Part shown: piece after piece, positions 52,474 to 64,000 of the stretch
How positions within the stretch are numbered: the stretch's first letter is position 1
Layout of the letters: each line of letters starts with the position of its first letter
Source of the DNA: Vicugna vicugna
Lineage: Eukaryota
Length of the DNA stretch: 64,000 nt
Assembly (NCBI GenBank): GCA_013265495.1
Contig: MU061579.1
Location: 4,711,146 to 4,775,145 of the forward strand
Reading direction: 5' to 3'
Translations under genes and position numbers: made by a program
The notes under the pieces: generated by a model
Seen by the model: the letters and a program-made list of their open reading frames with translations, nothing else
Told to the model about the DNA's origin: nothing
Databases searched by the model: none

Positions 52474-54449
52474 AGAATTGTTTATAAGTTTTTTGATGAC
52501 TGTAAAAGGATAGGAACATTTCTGGATGACTGGAGGTTCCATTTTTAGTGAGTTTTTTTGTTTGGTTTTGTTTGTTTTAAGAATTACTATTTTTTTTAAT
52601 CAATGATAGCAGCATTATTCAAGTTTTTCTCATGGAAGATTCAAATGTCCCTTGACTTTCATTTTTTAATTAATTAACAACAAATTGAAAATAACCTGGA
52701 ATATCTCAGTAACACTGTTCAAACTGGTAGTTTAAGTAAATTTAGAACAATAAAGTTACGCTATTATAATTATATATTTTGTACTCTTCTAGCTACATCA
52801 TCATAACAGATCAAAAAATCAGAGATAACTGGGCAGTTGTCAGAAATAGAGAAATAGAGTTAAAATTTTAAGGAAAAAATGCTATTTCTTAAGCAGTGAA
52901 TCTTCACTGAGATACAATTCTCCATCAAGTAATTAGTAACTCCTATTATAGTGTAGGTTTTATCAACATTTTTTAAAGGAAGAAAAAAGGTTCACAACTG
53001 GGTTTTGGGAATATGTCTTTTGTCCCACGTACTTCCACATCAGCAGCCCGGTCTTGGCACAGATCATTAGCAGTTACCTCAGTGGATACAGTTAATTAAC
53101 ATTATTTCTTTCAGATGAAGAATACTAAGTGGAATACCTGCTCTGTTATGAGGCCAAAACCTATGCTGTTGACGTGAAAAAGATACTGCTAAACGTACAG
53201 TGAAGCGGCATCCTTATGCTTTGCCAATTCCTGCCTGAAATGTGGCTCAGTGTTTTCCACTATCTAGAGACTACGTTTTTATTGTTGTTTTTTTAAACCA
53301 ACTGTGGTCATACTATTCATGGTAACAGAAGACATTAGTGGAATTTTGAAATCAATGCTCCCATTTAAATAAGACAACTTTCAAATTGATCTTTTTGTGT
53401 CACACTGAGCTAGAGAGTTTTAATGGATACTTATTGAAGGTTACCTTTCTTCTTTGTTAAAGGCAGTGCAAGAGAGCTATTTTCAACCTGATTATGTATC
53501 ACTAAATGTTGAAACAGGAAAATAGACTAGCTGAGATATGATGAAGGAAATTACTTAATATCTCCTTAGAAACAAAAGAGGACAGAACCATTTCTTGTTG
53601 AAAATAAAGATGGCTAAGTAAATGGGAATTACAATGTCACTTTGATGTGCAATTTGATTATCAATGGAAATATAGTGAATGAAGGTTCAGAGAACATTTC
53701 TTTCCAGCAATGATGTTTTGTGTAGGTCTGGCATGATATGTAGAGAGAATCCTTGTCATATTTTATTCAAAGACATATAAGCAAATAGATTTTTACATGG
53801 TAGACTTGCACATTCAGCAAAAAGCAATGACTATATCTTTTTTTTATAGTCTTAAACATCCACATACTGAAATTGAAGCTAAAAAATGTATTGTGGATTA
53901 AATTGACCTTTTCTAAAGAAATCAGGGTAAAGTACATATTTTATTAAAATTAAAACTACAAATTCTTAGCAAAACATTACAATTAAAACTAGAAAATCTT
54001 GGCAATTTTTTTCTCTTTATAAAAGTGGCTGAAAACTACTCTGCTCCTATTACTGATTGGCCAAAATATTAAAGCAAGAAAGATTAAAAAAAAAAGAAAG
54101 ATATAAAAATATACAGACATCAATCAGAAGCTGACTAAACATGAAATTAATGTAATTTAGGTGGAGATGAGGTTAGGTGTTACTAGTCACATTAGATTTT
54201 ATTTTATTCTATTAAAATTATTTTCCATTCATCATATCTTGATGGGACTGAAGTAGGTAAGGGATTGTTCATAGTTTCAGCAACCTCTTCCTTCCTTCTT
54301 TCTAGTGGAAAATGTTTCTCTATTTACATTTCAAATGATTGTGCATGAAATGTTATTACAACTTTCCAAGCACCATTTTCCAATAAGTAAGTGTAATATA
54401 TCACAAGTGATGATAAAGTTGGTTCATTTTAGAACCCCAAATGATCAAA

Positions 54450-54670
54450 TAAAATAATAATACATTATGTTCAGATATTGCCTTGTAATTTCAAAGCACT
54501 TAACGTACATTATCTCACTTGGTCCTCAGAGGAGGCAGTATTGTTTTTAGTACTGCTATGATAGGGGAAAGAGAAGCGCTTCACAAAATTCATCAATTTA
54601 TTGAGGTCACAAAGCCAATAAACAGCAAGTCAACTTTTGAAGGTGTGTCTTCCACCACATCAGGCTGTCC
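54450..54670 (-). mobile_element. MIR SINE (MIR3-like)
   Basis: ttcaaagcacttaacgtacattatctcacttggtcctca...gaggtcacaaagccaataa. Confidence 0.65.
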
Positions 54671-54999
54671 TTAAACAGAAAGAGTCTATTCATCAGACAG
54701 TCAGTGGAGATGATGGTAAAGAAGTTATGAGAAATAAACAATCTATGAAAAATAATAATAAAGACAAAATATTAGAGGAAGAGAAAATGAAAATGAGAAA
54801 GAGAAAAGGTGGAGATGGTTGAAGGAATAGTGAGTAAGGAAAGCTGTGGTCTACAACTTTCTAGAAAATAGGAGACTTGAGATAATTGCTTTACATTCTT
54901 CTTAAGCAGATCTGTGTGCTCCATCAACTCTACATACACTACCCCACAGCCTGAGAAAAGACATTTGGCAGAAATTAACTTGACAACAAATAATGGAAC

Positions 55000-55445
55000 A
55001 GATACTATAGTAAGATGGAGGGACCAAGATTTTAACCATGTGATTCTTTACTGACGTGTTAACAGGATTAAGGAAACCGGTGAGGGTTGTTGGGGTACTC
55101 TAGGACAGTAGAACAATTGCCACCCCCAGACTGATGATGCAAAGAGAAGAGGTGATGTTAGTAGGGCCCAGTGAGATCTGGAGTCATTAAAAAGGGTCTT
55201 CTTGGTGCAAACTGTATTTCTGGAAGGACACTATATTTTATAGTCACAGAAGGGAAGAAGGAAGGATCAGGGGAAATTTTCTTCTGCCCTTGAATCTCCT
55301 ACTCTTGTCTCTCAATGATTGAACCTGACTAGAGGTCAAAAGGTAAGGGGTCCAGTTGATGGAGTGCTTAGGATTAGCCTTAGTTTAGAGCCTAGGTCAG
55401 CCTGGGGTTACAGAGCTGGGCACATACAGAGCTGGATAGATAAGG
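55000..55445 (-). mobile_element. Ancient ERVL-class LTR (LTR33-like), family uncertain
   Basis: Similar wording to the 4.7-5.2 kb segment; aagggtccagttgatggagtgcttaggattagcct. Confidence 0.45.
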
Positions 55446-57504
55446 GTTAGTCTTTTGTCAGTCTCTTAACAAAGTAAGTAGTGTGGCTTCTTGTGATCTC
55501 ACCTCCGGGTAGCTCTGTCTCTTTCCTTGGACCTGGGGCACTCATTACACTCATCATAAACCCCATTCCACTCTGTTTATTTTCCCTAAGGTCAGTTACC
55601 TAAGTGGACTTCCTTTATCAGATTAAGTCACCCCAAGCAGAAGACCACAATAAGAATTAAGTCTCTAGGGAAAAGCAACAGAAAAGAGGAACTTTTAGAG
55701 TAAACATGTCTATCACAGGTGTGCTGTAGGAGGAGGAAGGTATATCGGGGAAGAATACTTTCCAATGTTCCCTGCCAATGTACTGCCTCTTTTTAAGGGA
55801 GATATTCCATAACTAAGAACAGAATCAGTACTTCCATTTAAATCCATTTCTTCACTTCTGAATACTCTGGTATAGTGCCTGCCCTGAATACTTAAAAGAT
55901 CAAATCTGTGCAGCTGAGATGGCTCTGGCTTTCACAAATAGGAAGGTAGCTAAAGAACCTAAGTGCCATGCCATTATTTAGTATTTTTACTGTTCACAGA
56001 CATGTCCTTACTTAGCCTCTCTGCTGATTTTCATGATTAATGGATATGTGTCTTTCAGTGGCAACTTTTGAATAAATCATAGCTTGCATGATTATAGCTA
56101 TAGGTAGCTCTTCCAACCTACCTTATCTGCCCTACAAGGCAGGTGTGGATCAAACAGGATAAGGCATTTGAAATGTTTCAATAATTATAAAATGAAATAT
56201 AGTACTAATTTTTGAACATATTATTTGTCCCCAAGGTTGAACATAGACATGAAATATACAAATGATAACACAACAGTGTATCTGTCATAAGGTCATAAAC
56301 TACTGGAGATCACAGCATTTTTCATTAATGAAAAGAGAAAAAATTGTCATGTTCAGTTTCTCCATAAGAAATCACCTAAAGAAGTCATTTCAGCACAAGT
56401 GCATGTTGGTTCAGAATCAATGAAGATATTGCTTAATGGTTCTGAAAAATCTCCTTATTGATCCATCAATCTATAAATTTTTAAATATTGCCTATTCAAT
56501 GTATTGGTCTTACAAGTTTTGAAATTAGGAAAGTGGAAATCACACATCTGACACCTGAAAAAATTATATGTGAACTGAAAATCTAGTATGAAAATCACAA
56601 AAAGCCTACCAAGACGATCTGCCAGTTTGGAGCTGACCATAACAATGGGAAACAAACTTATAAAGATGTAAGTCCAATAATATGAGAGGTGCTATTATGG
56701 AAAAGTGGACTGTCCACACAAGGAGTTAAAGAGGATACCAGCTAGTTTACTAGGCGGAGGGAATGGGATGGTGGAATGTTTTCTCGTGAGTGAAAAAAAT
56801 GACTGTTCATGGTAATCTTGATTATTGGCAAGAAGGATAAAACTATTCAGGATTTTGGCAAAAAGAATTAGGGGGATAGAAATAAGTGAAATTCTAAAAA
56901 TTTCTGGCTACTTCTCAGCTGGTAGCTATCATCAGTCATTGCTAATTAAAATTTATTAGTGATTAGTTGTGATTGTCACCAAGGACATTTTGTAGGTCTA
57001 AGTAATGGAGAAAAATTATGAGATCATATAAAGAAAGTTGCATAAGAAGCCTGAATAGAGTGAAGGTAGGCAATCTAAGGGGTCACAAAAAGAGAAAAAT
57101 TCCATGAATTAATAAAACGTTTGGAAATTGAAGATTCTGTTCCAAAGATATTTTCTGACTGACTGACAGAATTAATTGTCACCTCTCTGTGAAGCTCACA
57201 CATGCCACTTTCTATGCCTCAGAAAGGGAGAAGATTTTAAAAGAACCACTCTAGATGCTAGCTTAGAAGACAGGATAAATAGCTCCTAAACAGAAAGAAG
57301 AAAATGCTAAGAAAAGTGAACCAGGGATTATAAGATGCTCAAGAGTTTAAAGGGAAGTAAAGCATGGATGGCTTTGGATAGGAATGTGAAAAAGATGGCG
57401 TGAGAGGAAAAAAAAAACTATAATATTGGATAAGCAATACCTAGGTGGCTCTTTCTTCATGTGGTGATTCTAAGAATTTTTAAAAAATTACACCCTGGGA
57501 CTGA

Positions 57505-58237
57505 AAAATTGCTGGTATGAATGTAAAATGGTATGACTTCTTAGGAAATATCAATCAGTTTTTTAAAAAAACTAAACACAGACCTATCATATGACCTAAC
57601 CACTCCACTCCTAGGTTTTTGCCAAAAAGAAAAAGGAAATGTATGTCCATTTAAAGACTTACAAAGGTTCATTGCAGCTTTATTGGTAATAGCCAAAAAT
57701 TGGAAACAGGCCAAATGTGCATGTCAAAACAATTGATAACCAATTTATCTATTGGCTATCCAATGGATACCAAAATTATAGTTATCCAAATGACAACCAA
57801 GTGTGTATCAATGGGTAAACAATTGGGATATAGCTATAAAATGTAACAGTATTAATCAATAAGAGGAATGGATCATTGATACATGCAGTCAGATGGATGA
57901 ATCTCAAAAGAATTATTCCATGTGAAATAAGCTAGACCAATAAAAAAGTGTATACTATATTAACTAATTTTATATAAATGTCAAGAAAATAAATACTAAT
58001 ACATAGCGACAGAAAATAAATCAGTGGTTTGTTGGAGATATGGGGTAGGGCGAAGGATGAAGGAAAGATTATCAGAGATGTGAGGAAACGTCTGGAAGTG
58101 AAGGATATATTCTCTATTGATTATAGTGATTATTGCAATTATGTATGCATATGTCAAGTGATACACTTCTAATATGTGTTGTATATGTGTAGTTCATTGA
58201 ATATAAATTATACCTTACCAATCCAGTCTAAAAAATA
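57505..58237 (+). mobile_element. Old L1 (L1MD/ME-like) 3' end
   Basis: ttgctggtatgaatgtaaaatggta...atatgacctaaccactccactcctagg...atggatgaatctcaaaa...aaattatacct. Confidence 0.85.
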
Positions 58238-59253
58238 ATTATAAGACTCTTTGCCCATGGGGTGATTCTGAAACTCTTAGAAAAGCTGTAGTAACCCATT
58301 ATCTCCAGTGCAAAGATAAGGCAGCAACATACACACAAATGTGTTCACCTTGCCAAGCCATTTCTTTATTAATCTCTAGCTTTGACTGGCTAATGAAAAT
58401 TTCGATTGAAGTATTTCACATTCATTCATTCATTTATTCTTTCTTTCATTATCTCATGAACACATTATATCTATGTTAGGCTCTCTCTGATACTTCAAAA
58501 CTGAAACTGTTATAAATTCAGCATATTTCATTTTCCCATGTTCTTCACAAGCCTTCTCATCTGTACGGCTTCTTAATCTAAGTTAATTGCACCATTACTT
58601 CACCATTTGCCATAAAAGATATGTTTTTACCAGCAAATCTTAATGAAGGGATATAGTGTAATGCAAGGACTAGATTTAAAAAGATGATTAAGATCCAGCC
58701 CAGGTTCTCAAGGATATTAAATTCATGTGGCAGAAGATCAATGTATAAACAAAATGCAGTCATATAATGTATTTATAGGTGATGAGATGTACCAACATAT
58801 TCTGTGTGCAGGAGTCCAAGAAATTTTAAAGAAAGATAATATTTGAAGCACAACTCAAAGAGTGAGTGTGAATTTATTTTTCCAAACAAGAGGGAGGGAA
58901 TGGCATAACAACATCATAAACAAAAGCAAGGTAGTATAAAAGCCTGTTGTGTTTAGGCAAAGATGAGTACTTCCAGTTATATTCAGGAAGACAGTATGGA
59001 AGGTTGCTTTGGCTCAACTTGGCAGTCTTTAAAAAATGATAATGACAAAAGGAAACACTTTCTGAATAGACTACTATAGAGAAGCTCTAAAGGTACCACA
59101 GTTTAAAGAGTTGGTAGGACCAGAGTTCTTGAGGCTCTCAGGAAATATGAGATGGTGTTCATATCATACATAAAGAAACATTTCACCCTTCCTATATTCC
59201 TAAGACACTGAGACTGTCTTCCTGTAGATCAAGCTAGGGACATTCTAACATCT

Positions 59254-59683
59254 TGTGGTAGACAAGTTCATGACAACCTGATTCTCCTCCTCTGCCACAC
59301 AGCTTTACCTTCAAAGAAGGAATTGCTGTCCATTTAAAAAGAGGTCAGGAGACAGCTTCCCATTGTCAGCTCCTCCAGGGTCTACTTTGGCTGCAGAGAG
59401 CAGCTCCACCCAAGGTCACATCCTTCCTGAGACAACCCATATTCTGCACCAAAGTAAGGAGGGTTTATAGAGCTCCAACTATTTTGGTCCAACACAGGAA
59501 AACTCAGAACTGAATCCTTCTAAGATCCTGACCAGTGACTTAACTGAGGATGTGGCAGGACAATGTTGTATTTTAGCTCTTCCCTCAGTGCAATCCATTT
59601 CCTCCTTCTTCTTTTCACAGGAATTGATCCTTACAAAATATATTGCATCTCAAACTCCATCTCAGAAAACCCAGCCTGCAACA
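59254..59683 (+). mobile_element. LTR16-like solo LTR
   Basis: TG...CA termini; perfect 5-bp TSD catct (59249-59253, 59684-59688); ctgcagagagcagctccacccaaggtcaca LTR16-like core. Confidence 0.88.
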
Positions 59684-60699
59684 CATCTTAACCTCATTGA
59701 ATATTTGACATTGTCAAGGCTAGGTTTCAGTCAACTAACCAAATAAATATTAGAGCCACTCGCAGTTGCCTGAGCTGACACATTCAGTTAAAACATGTCT
59801 CCATATCCACATATTATCTCAGTTTATTGATATATTTGACTTCCTAGATTTAACTTCCTTGGATCTATTTCCAAATATGTTTTACAGGTTGCATGCTTTT
59901 ATAAATCAGCAAATCTTACCAATATTTCCAAGTAAAAACTATTATCCTGGGTCTGATTTTGTGCTTGTCTCTCTGAAGTGTGCTGAAATATGACTGTAAT
60001 TAAGTCTTGAGCCATAAGACTCAATGGGGTTAGGTCTTGAGGAGAAACAGCATTCCTTGGAAAACAACTTACTTGAGAAAAGTTATCAAGCAAAGAAAAG
60101 TTCATCTCCTCACCCTTGGGTGAAGGTGTTATTTTTACTAAGGAAATTTCAAAGAGAGTTAAATAGCCAAATATTTCAACTTCTATCAAGTACACACAAA
60201 TTTCTATATTTCATTATGAGACTCCCACTCCTCATTCTACTCCCTTATTTACACATAAATGATGAGGAAAGTGGAAATTCAATTCACGTGATTGATTTGT
60301 ATTCAGCATAATTAAATTTAGGGTAAGGTTTTCATTGCTATCTGTCTAGTCATTATAAAATACGTGATTATTTTAGGACCACGATTCTTTGATTGTCTGA
60401 TTGTGATTGGTCAAAGAGTTTGTAGCCCTGAGCTTGTCATTTTCTTTCTGTAAGCCGTTAGGATAATCAGAAGCCAGTCTCCCACCCTTAGTTCTTAGTA
60501 TCAACATTAATATGATAATGGTCAACAAATATAGTCACTTGATATCCTGAATCCTGGCCTAAAATAAACAGTTTTTGGAATGACAAATGGTAATTTAAGT
60601 AATTTTGATGCCACTACATGTAACTGATTGTCAGTTTCCAATAACTGTTTTCATCATCAAAACTAATTCCAGGATTCTATATTTAAGGATACGATTCAT

Positions 60700-61315
60700 G
60701 TGACCACTCCTGGCGCCACTTAAAGCATCTATAAGTCATTACAAGAAAACAAATTATAGTTGGTATTGCACCAGAGACAATTAAATACAGGAAACTGCTC
60801 ACATATCTTTTGGGGAGGTACCACTTGTTGGGCTTGGGAAATCTAAATAGAGATGTTGTCACAAAAACTAGGATCTTGGGGTGGAGGAGTGTCTAAAGGT
60901 TGTCGTTCAATCTCTGAACACAGGAAAAGTGTTCCTTGAAGCTCCTGATTCAGAGTAAGTGCTTGAACCTCTTGTGTGTGTGTGAAGGGAAGAGGCTGTT
61001 ACAATGCAGTCTGTGCTGATATCGCTCATCTGGTGCCAGGAGAGATGGAAGACATGGAGACTGGATCATAACTGACTTTTACTGCTAGAGGACTGTAGGC
61101 AGACTCTGGACATCTGAAAAGAATCCTTTCTTCCATCCTCCCTCTTTGTAATCTTCCACAAGTGCCTCCCTTTGATACAAAGTAAGAGAAAACTATCTGG
61201 CCAGACACTTCAGGAAATTCAGGAAGTAAACTCTCAGGTCCAGGATCACAAAGGAGCATATAGAAGAGTGAACTTGTGGTTGACAGAGTATGGATAAATC
61301 CAATCAGGTTCACAA
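60700..61315 (-). mobile_element. Probable ancient ERVL-class LTR
   Basis: LTR-like text tccttccatcctccctc..aatcttccacaagtgcctcc; boundaries uncertain. Confidence 0.45.
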
Positions 61316-62811
61316 AATAAAGTTATGTTAAAAAATAGGTTGAAGTAAAAACAGAAACGCACACCCACATACACCAGGATGATAGCCGAGCTATTGTCAG
61401 GGGAATAATGATTAGAAATGCTTGACAGGAGCTAAAGTCCAGTCAGAATGTGTTGAGAGGTGACCAAGTTAGAATTTAGAGATCTTAAAGTGCTATGATT
61501 TCGATTTTTTCTTTTGTGTTAATAAAATAAGCAGTAATGAGGAATAATTGAGTAGGAGCAAAACATATTGCCACTGCTGTTCAAATAGATTTTTTAAAAT
61601 CTCTTTCCTAATGTAGGCAATTGTGTCAATTTCCTGACTTACCTTCTGATAAATCTTCTGATTTATAACTTCTGAATGTTGAGTTATAGTCAGAATGGTC
61701 ATTCCCATTCCAAAGTGTAAAGAAATTCAGTCCATCTTTCCTCAAATATTTTTGCATTTAAGCATTTCATCTATTTGGGGTATCCTAGTATGTAGTGACA
61801 GAATTATGGGAACTATGAAAAGATGACATTGATTATGGTGTACCTGTAAGTCTGGGAGCAGAATTATGTGATTGTATTTATGAAATAGCTATCAGGTTTT
61901 TGTTCTAAACCATTGTCATTGGGTTTTACTTTGACATGGTCTGCATGCCATATACAAGCGGAGTTCTCATTTTTAATGACTAATACATTTAGTTCATGAT
62001 TGTTCTTCAGTAACAAAAAGCCAGGACCTTAGATCAGGAGTTGGATACAAAATACAGATTTAGAGCTGAGCTCACTGGAAGCACTATTTATTTTTACAGC
62101 TTTAAAATTGGCAATCACATCATTTAGAAGAGAAAACAGAATCCTCATCATGTCTTTACGTTAGGCATTTAACAAACATTTGTCAGCAAACTTCTATGAT
62201 TAATTTGATTTCAACCCCTCGGGAAAGATTGCTTTAAAAACATTTATGGTATGATTAATTGAATTTTAGAAATTTGATTAATACTTAGACTTCAGAGATT
62301 TTTAAATACATTATTAAAATGAATTTTACTTGAGTTTTAATAATTCCATGACTGTTCCTTTTCAGCCACTGTTATTTGCTTCAGACTGCAAAATTCAGTA
62401 AGAAGAAAATTTGCATTCAATAGAACTGGGAGGTATTGGGCCTTTTAGTCTGGAAATGAATAACATGCCTGTGTAGAGATGACAGTGATTTAAGGCCGTG
62501 AGAACAGGTCTTTATTTACCTGCCAGACACAGTCTCTGGTCTGGATGCAGTAAATATTTTGTAATTTTATTGGAAACTATAACATCCTTGCACTCACAAA
62601 AGGCAGTTTTCTATGCAGTATTACATGACATCTTCTCAGTAATGATAAATTAGATTCAACCTCCAAAATAGCCAAACCTAACCATTTATAAGGAAAATGG
62701 ATACTGAAGCAATTTTACTTTTCAAAACAGCAATCTTCACATTTCTGGTCTGCTGCCAGAGTAATTCTCTTAGGAATACATTAAGTTTGTTTGTGGGAAA
62801 AGGAAATATAA

Positions 62812-63030
62812 CTCCATAGTACTTATTGAGTACCTACTATGTTTCAAACAGCATGCCATACTGTGCTATGCATTTTAATTCTACTATCTGGTAGACCCCG
62901 ACAATAACCCATGAGTTGAATGGTGCTGTCCTTACATTGCTCCTGCAGAGACAGACTCTTAAGAAAGGGCAATTTTCTAAATTCACACAACAAGTGGGTG
63001 GCTTTCAACACAGACCACATTACTTCCCTG
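62812..63030 (-). mobile_element. MIR SINE
   Basis: acttattgagtacctactatgtttc...acaataacccatgag. Confidence 0.7.
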
Positions 63031-63333
63031 CCAACAAGAACCATCTTAATGAAAACATCAATTTATTTGTCCATAGGAACACAAATTTTACATAAAAATT
63101 ATACATATGTAATACACACATATACATACATATATATCCAGGTGAGATTGCATGCAGGGAGCTTGTATATCATTAAAATGAGTGGAGAATTTATGCATCT
63201 CCAGTGATTCCAAAAATACATAAAACATTTGTTAATCACTTTAGACAGAAGAAAGAAACTTGCATTTTACCTGAACCTTTCAATTTCTAGCATATGCATG
63301 AAAACTGCCAAGATTTTTAATAAACAAGTACTT

Positions 63334-63875
63334 TGTATTATGTTCTTGTGACTGCTGTAACAAATTAACATAAAATTAGTGACTTAAAACAACATAAATG
63401 TATTCTTTTATAGTTCTGCAGGCCAGAATTCCAATCTGTATCACTGGCCAAAATCAAGATGTTTGCAAGGCCCATTATATTTGGGGGCTCCAGGGGAAAG
63501 TTTATTCCTTATTTCTTTCAGCCCCTGATAACTAATGGCATTTCTTGGTTTTGGCCACATCAATCTAATCTCTGCCTCTGGCTTCACATTACCTTTAGTT
63601 TTGTGTTTGTGTGTCAGGGCATGTGCACGTGTGTGTTTGTGGTTATGTGGGGGGGAGGGGAAGGTGTTTATGCATCAAATTTCCCTCTGCCTCTGACTTG
63701 TAAGGATTCATGTGATGGCATTTAGAGCCTATCCAAATAATCCAGGATAATCCCTCCATTTTAAGATTCTGAAATTAATCACATCAGCCAAGATCCTTTT
63801 TCCAAATAAGATAACATTTACATGTTCCAGAGATTGAGGTATGATATATTTGAGGGCCATTATCAGCCTGTAACA
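63334..63875 (-). mobile_element. MLT1A-C-like MaLR solo LTR with a GT-rich insert
   Basis: tgtattatgttcttgtgactgctgtaacaaatta...ggataatccctccattttaagattc...ttatcagcctgtaaca. Confidence 0.9.
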
Positions 63876-64000
63876 TGCTGTTGATATTTCTGTAATTTCT
63901 TCGCTTACTCTTGTACTGTTGATCTTGGAGGAAATTCATTTATCCCCTAAATTTGCACTAATAGATTCATTTCACTGTTTATTTCATAATTTCCTACAAA

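Noticed and set aside
60711..60717. tggcgcc resembling a tRNA-Lys primer-binding site
   Set aside because: Only 7 nt match and no LTR end directly upstream
1..64000. CRISPR arrays, operons, numts, non-retroviral endogenous viral elements, intact multi-exon CDS
   Set aside because: No spaced repeats, long ORFs, mitochondrial-like or viral motifs were recognised by eye; a tBLASTn/HMM search would be needed to exclude very decayed copies

Overview
AT-rich mammalian genomic DNA, intergenic or deep intronic, made up mostly of interspersed repeats. No intact protein-coding gene, RNA gene, CRISPR array or prokaryote-type system is supported. Two tRNA-derived SINEs resemble the camelid Vic-1 type, so the genome is probably camelid (inference). 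The clearest gene-derived feature is a processed pseudogene of SNRPD3 (Sm D3) on the minus strand (~9939-10500). Three frameshifted class III (ERVL-like) pol fragments that the ORF track misses are present: RNase H at ~7.6-8.1 kb, RNase H-integrase plus an LTR16-like LTR at 26.6-28.3 kb, and RT at 31.9-32.2 kb. The rest is L1 copies of several ages (some with TSDs), solo LTRs, MaLR LTRs, MIR, L2, DNA-transposon fossils and simple repeats. The best leads are a candidate 39-nt micro-exon, an L1 carrying non-L1 sequence inside its TSDs, a well-preserved solo LTR and local CpG excess in decayed elements. I found no convincing new biological system. Family names come from recalled consensus sequences and most boundaries are approximate.
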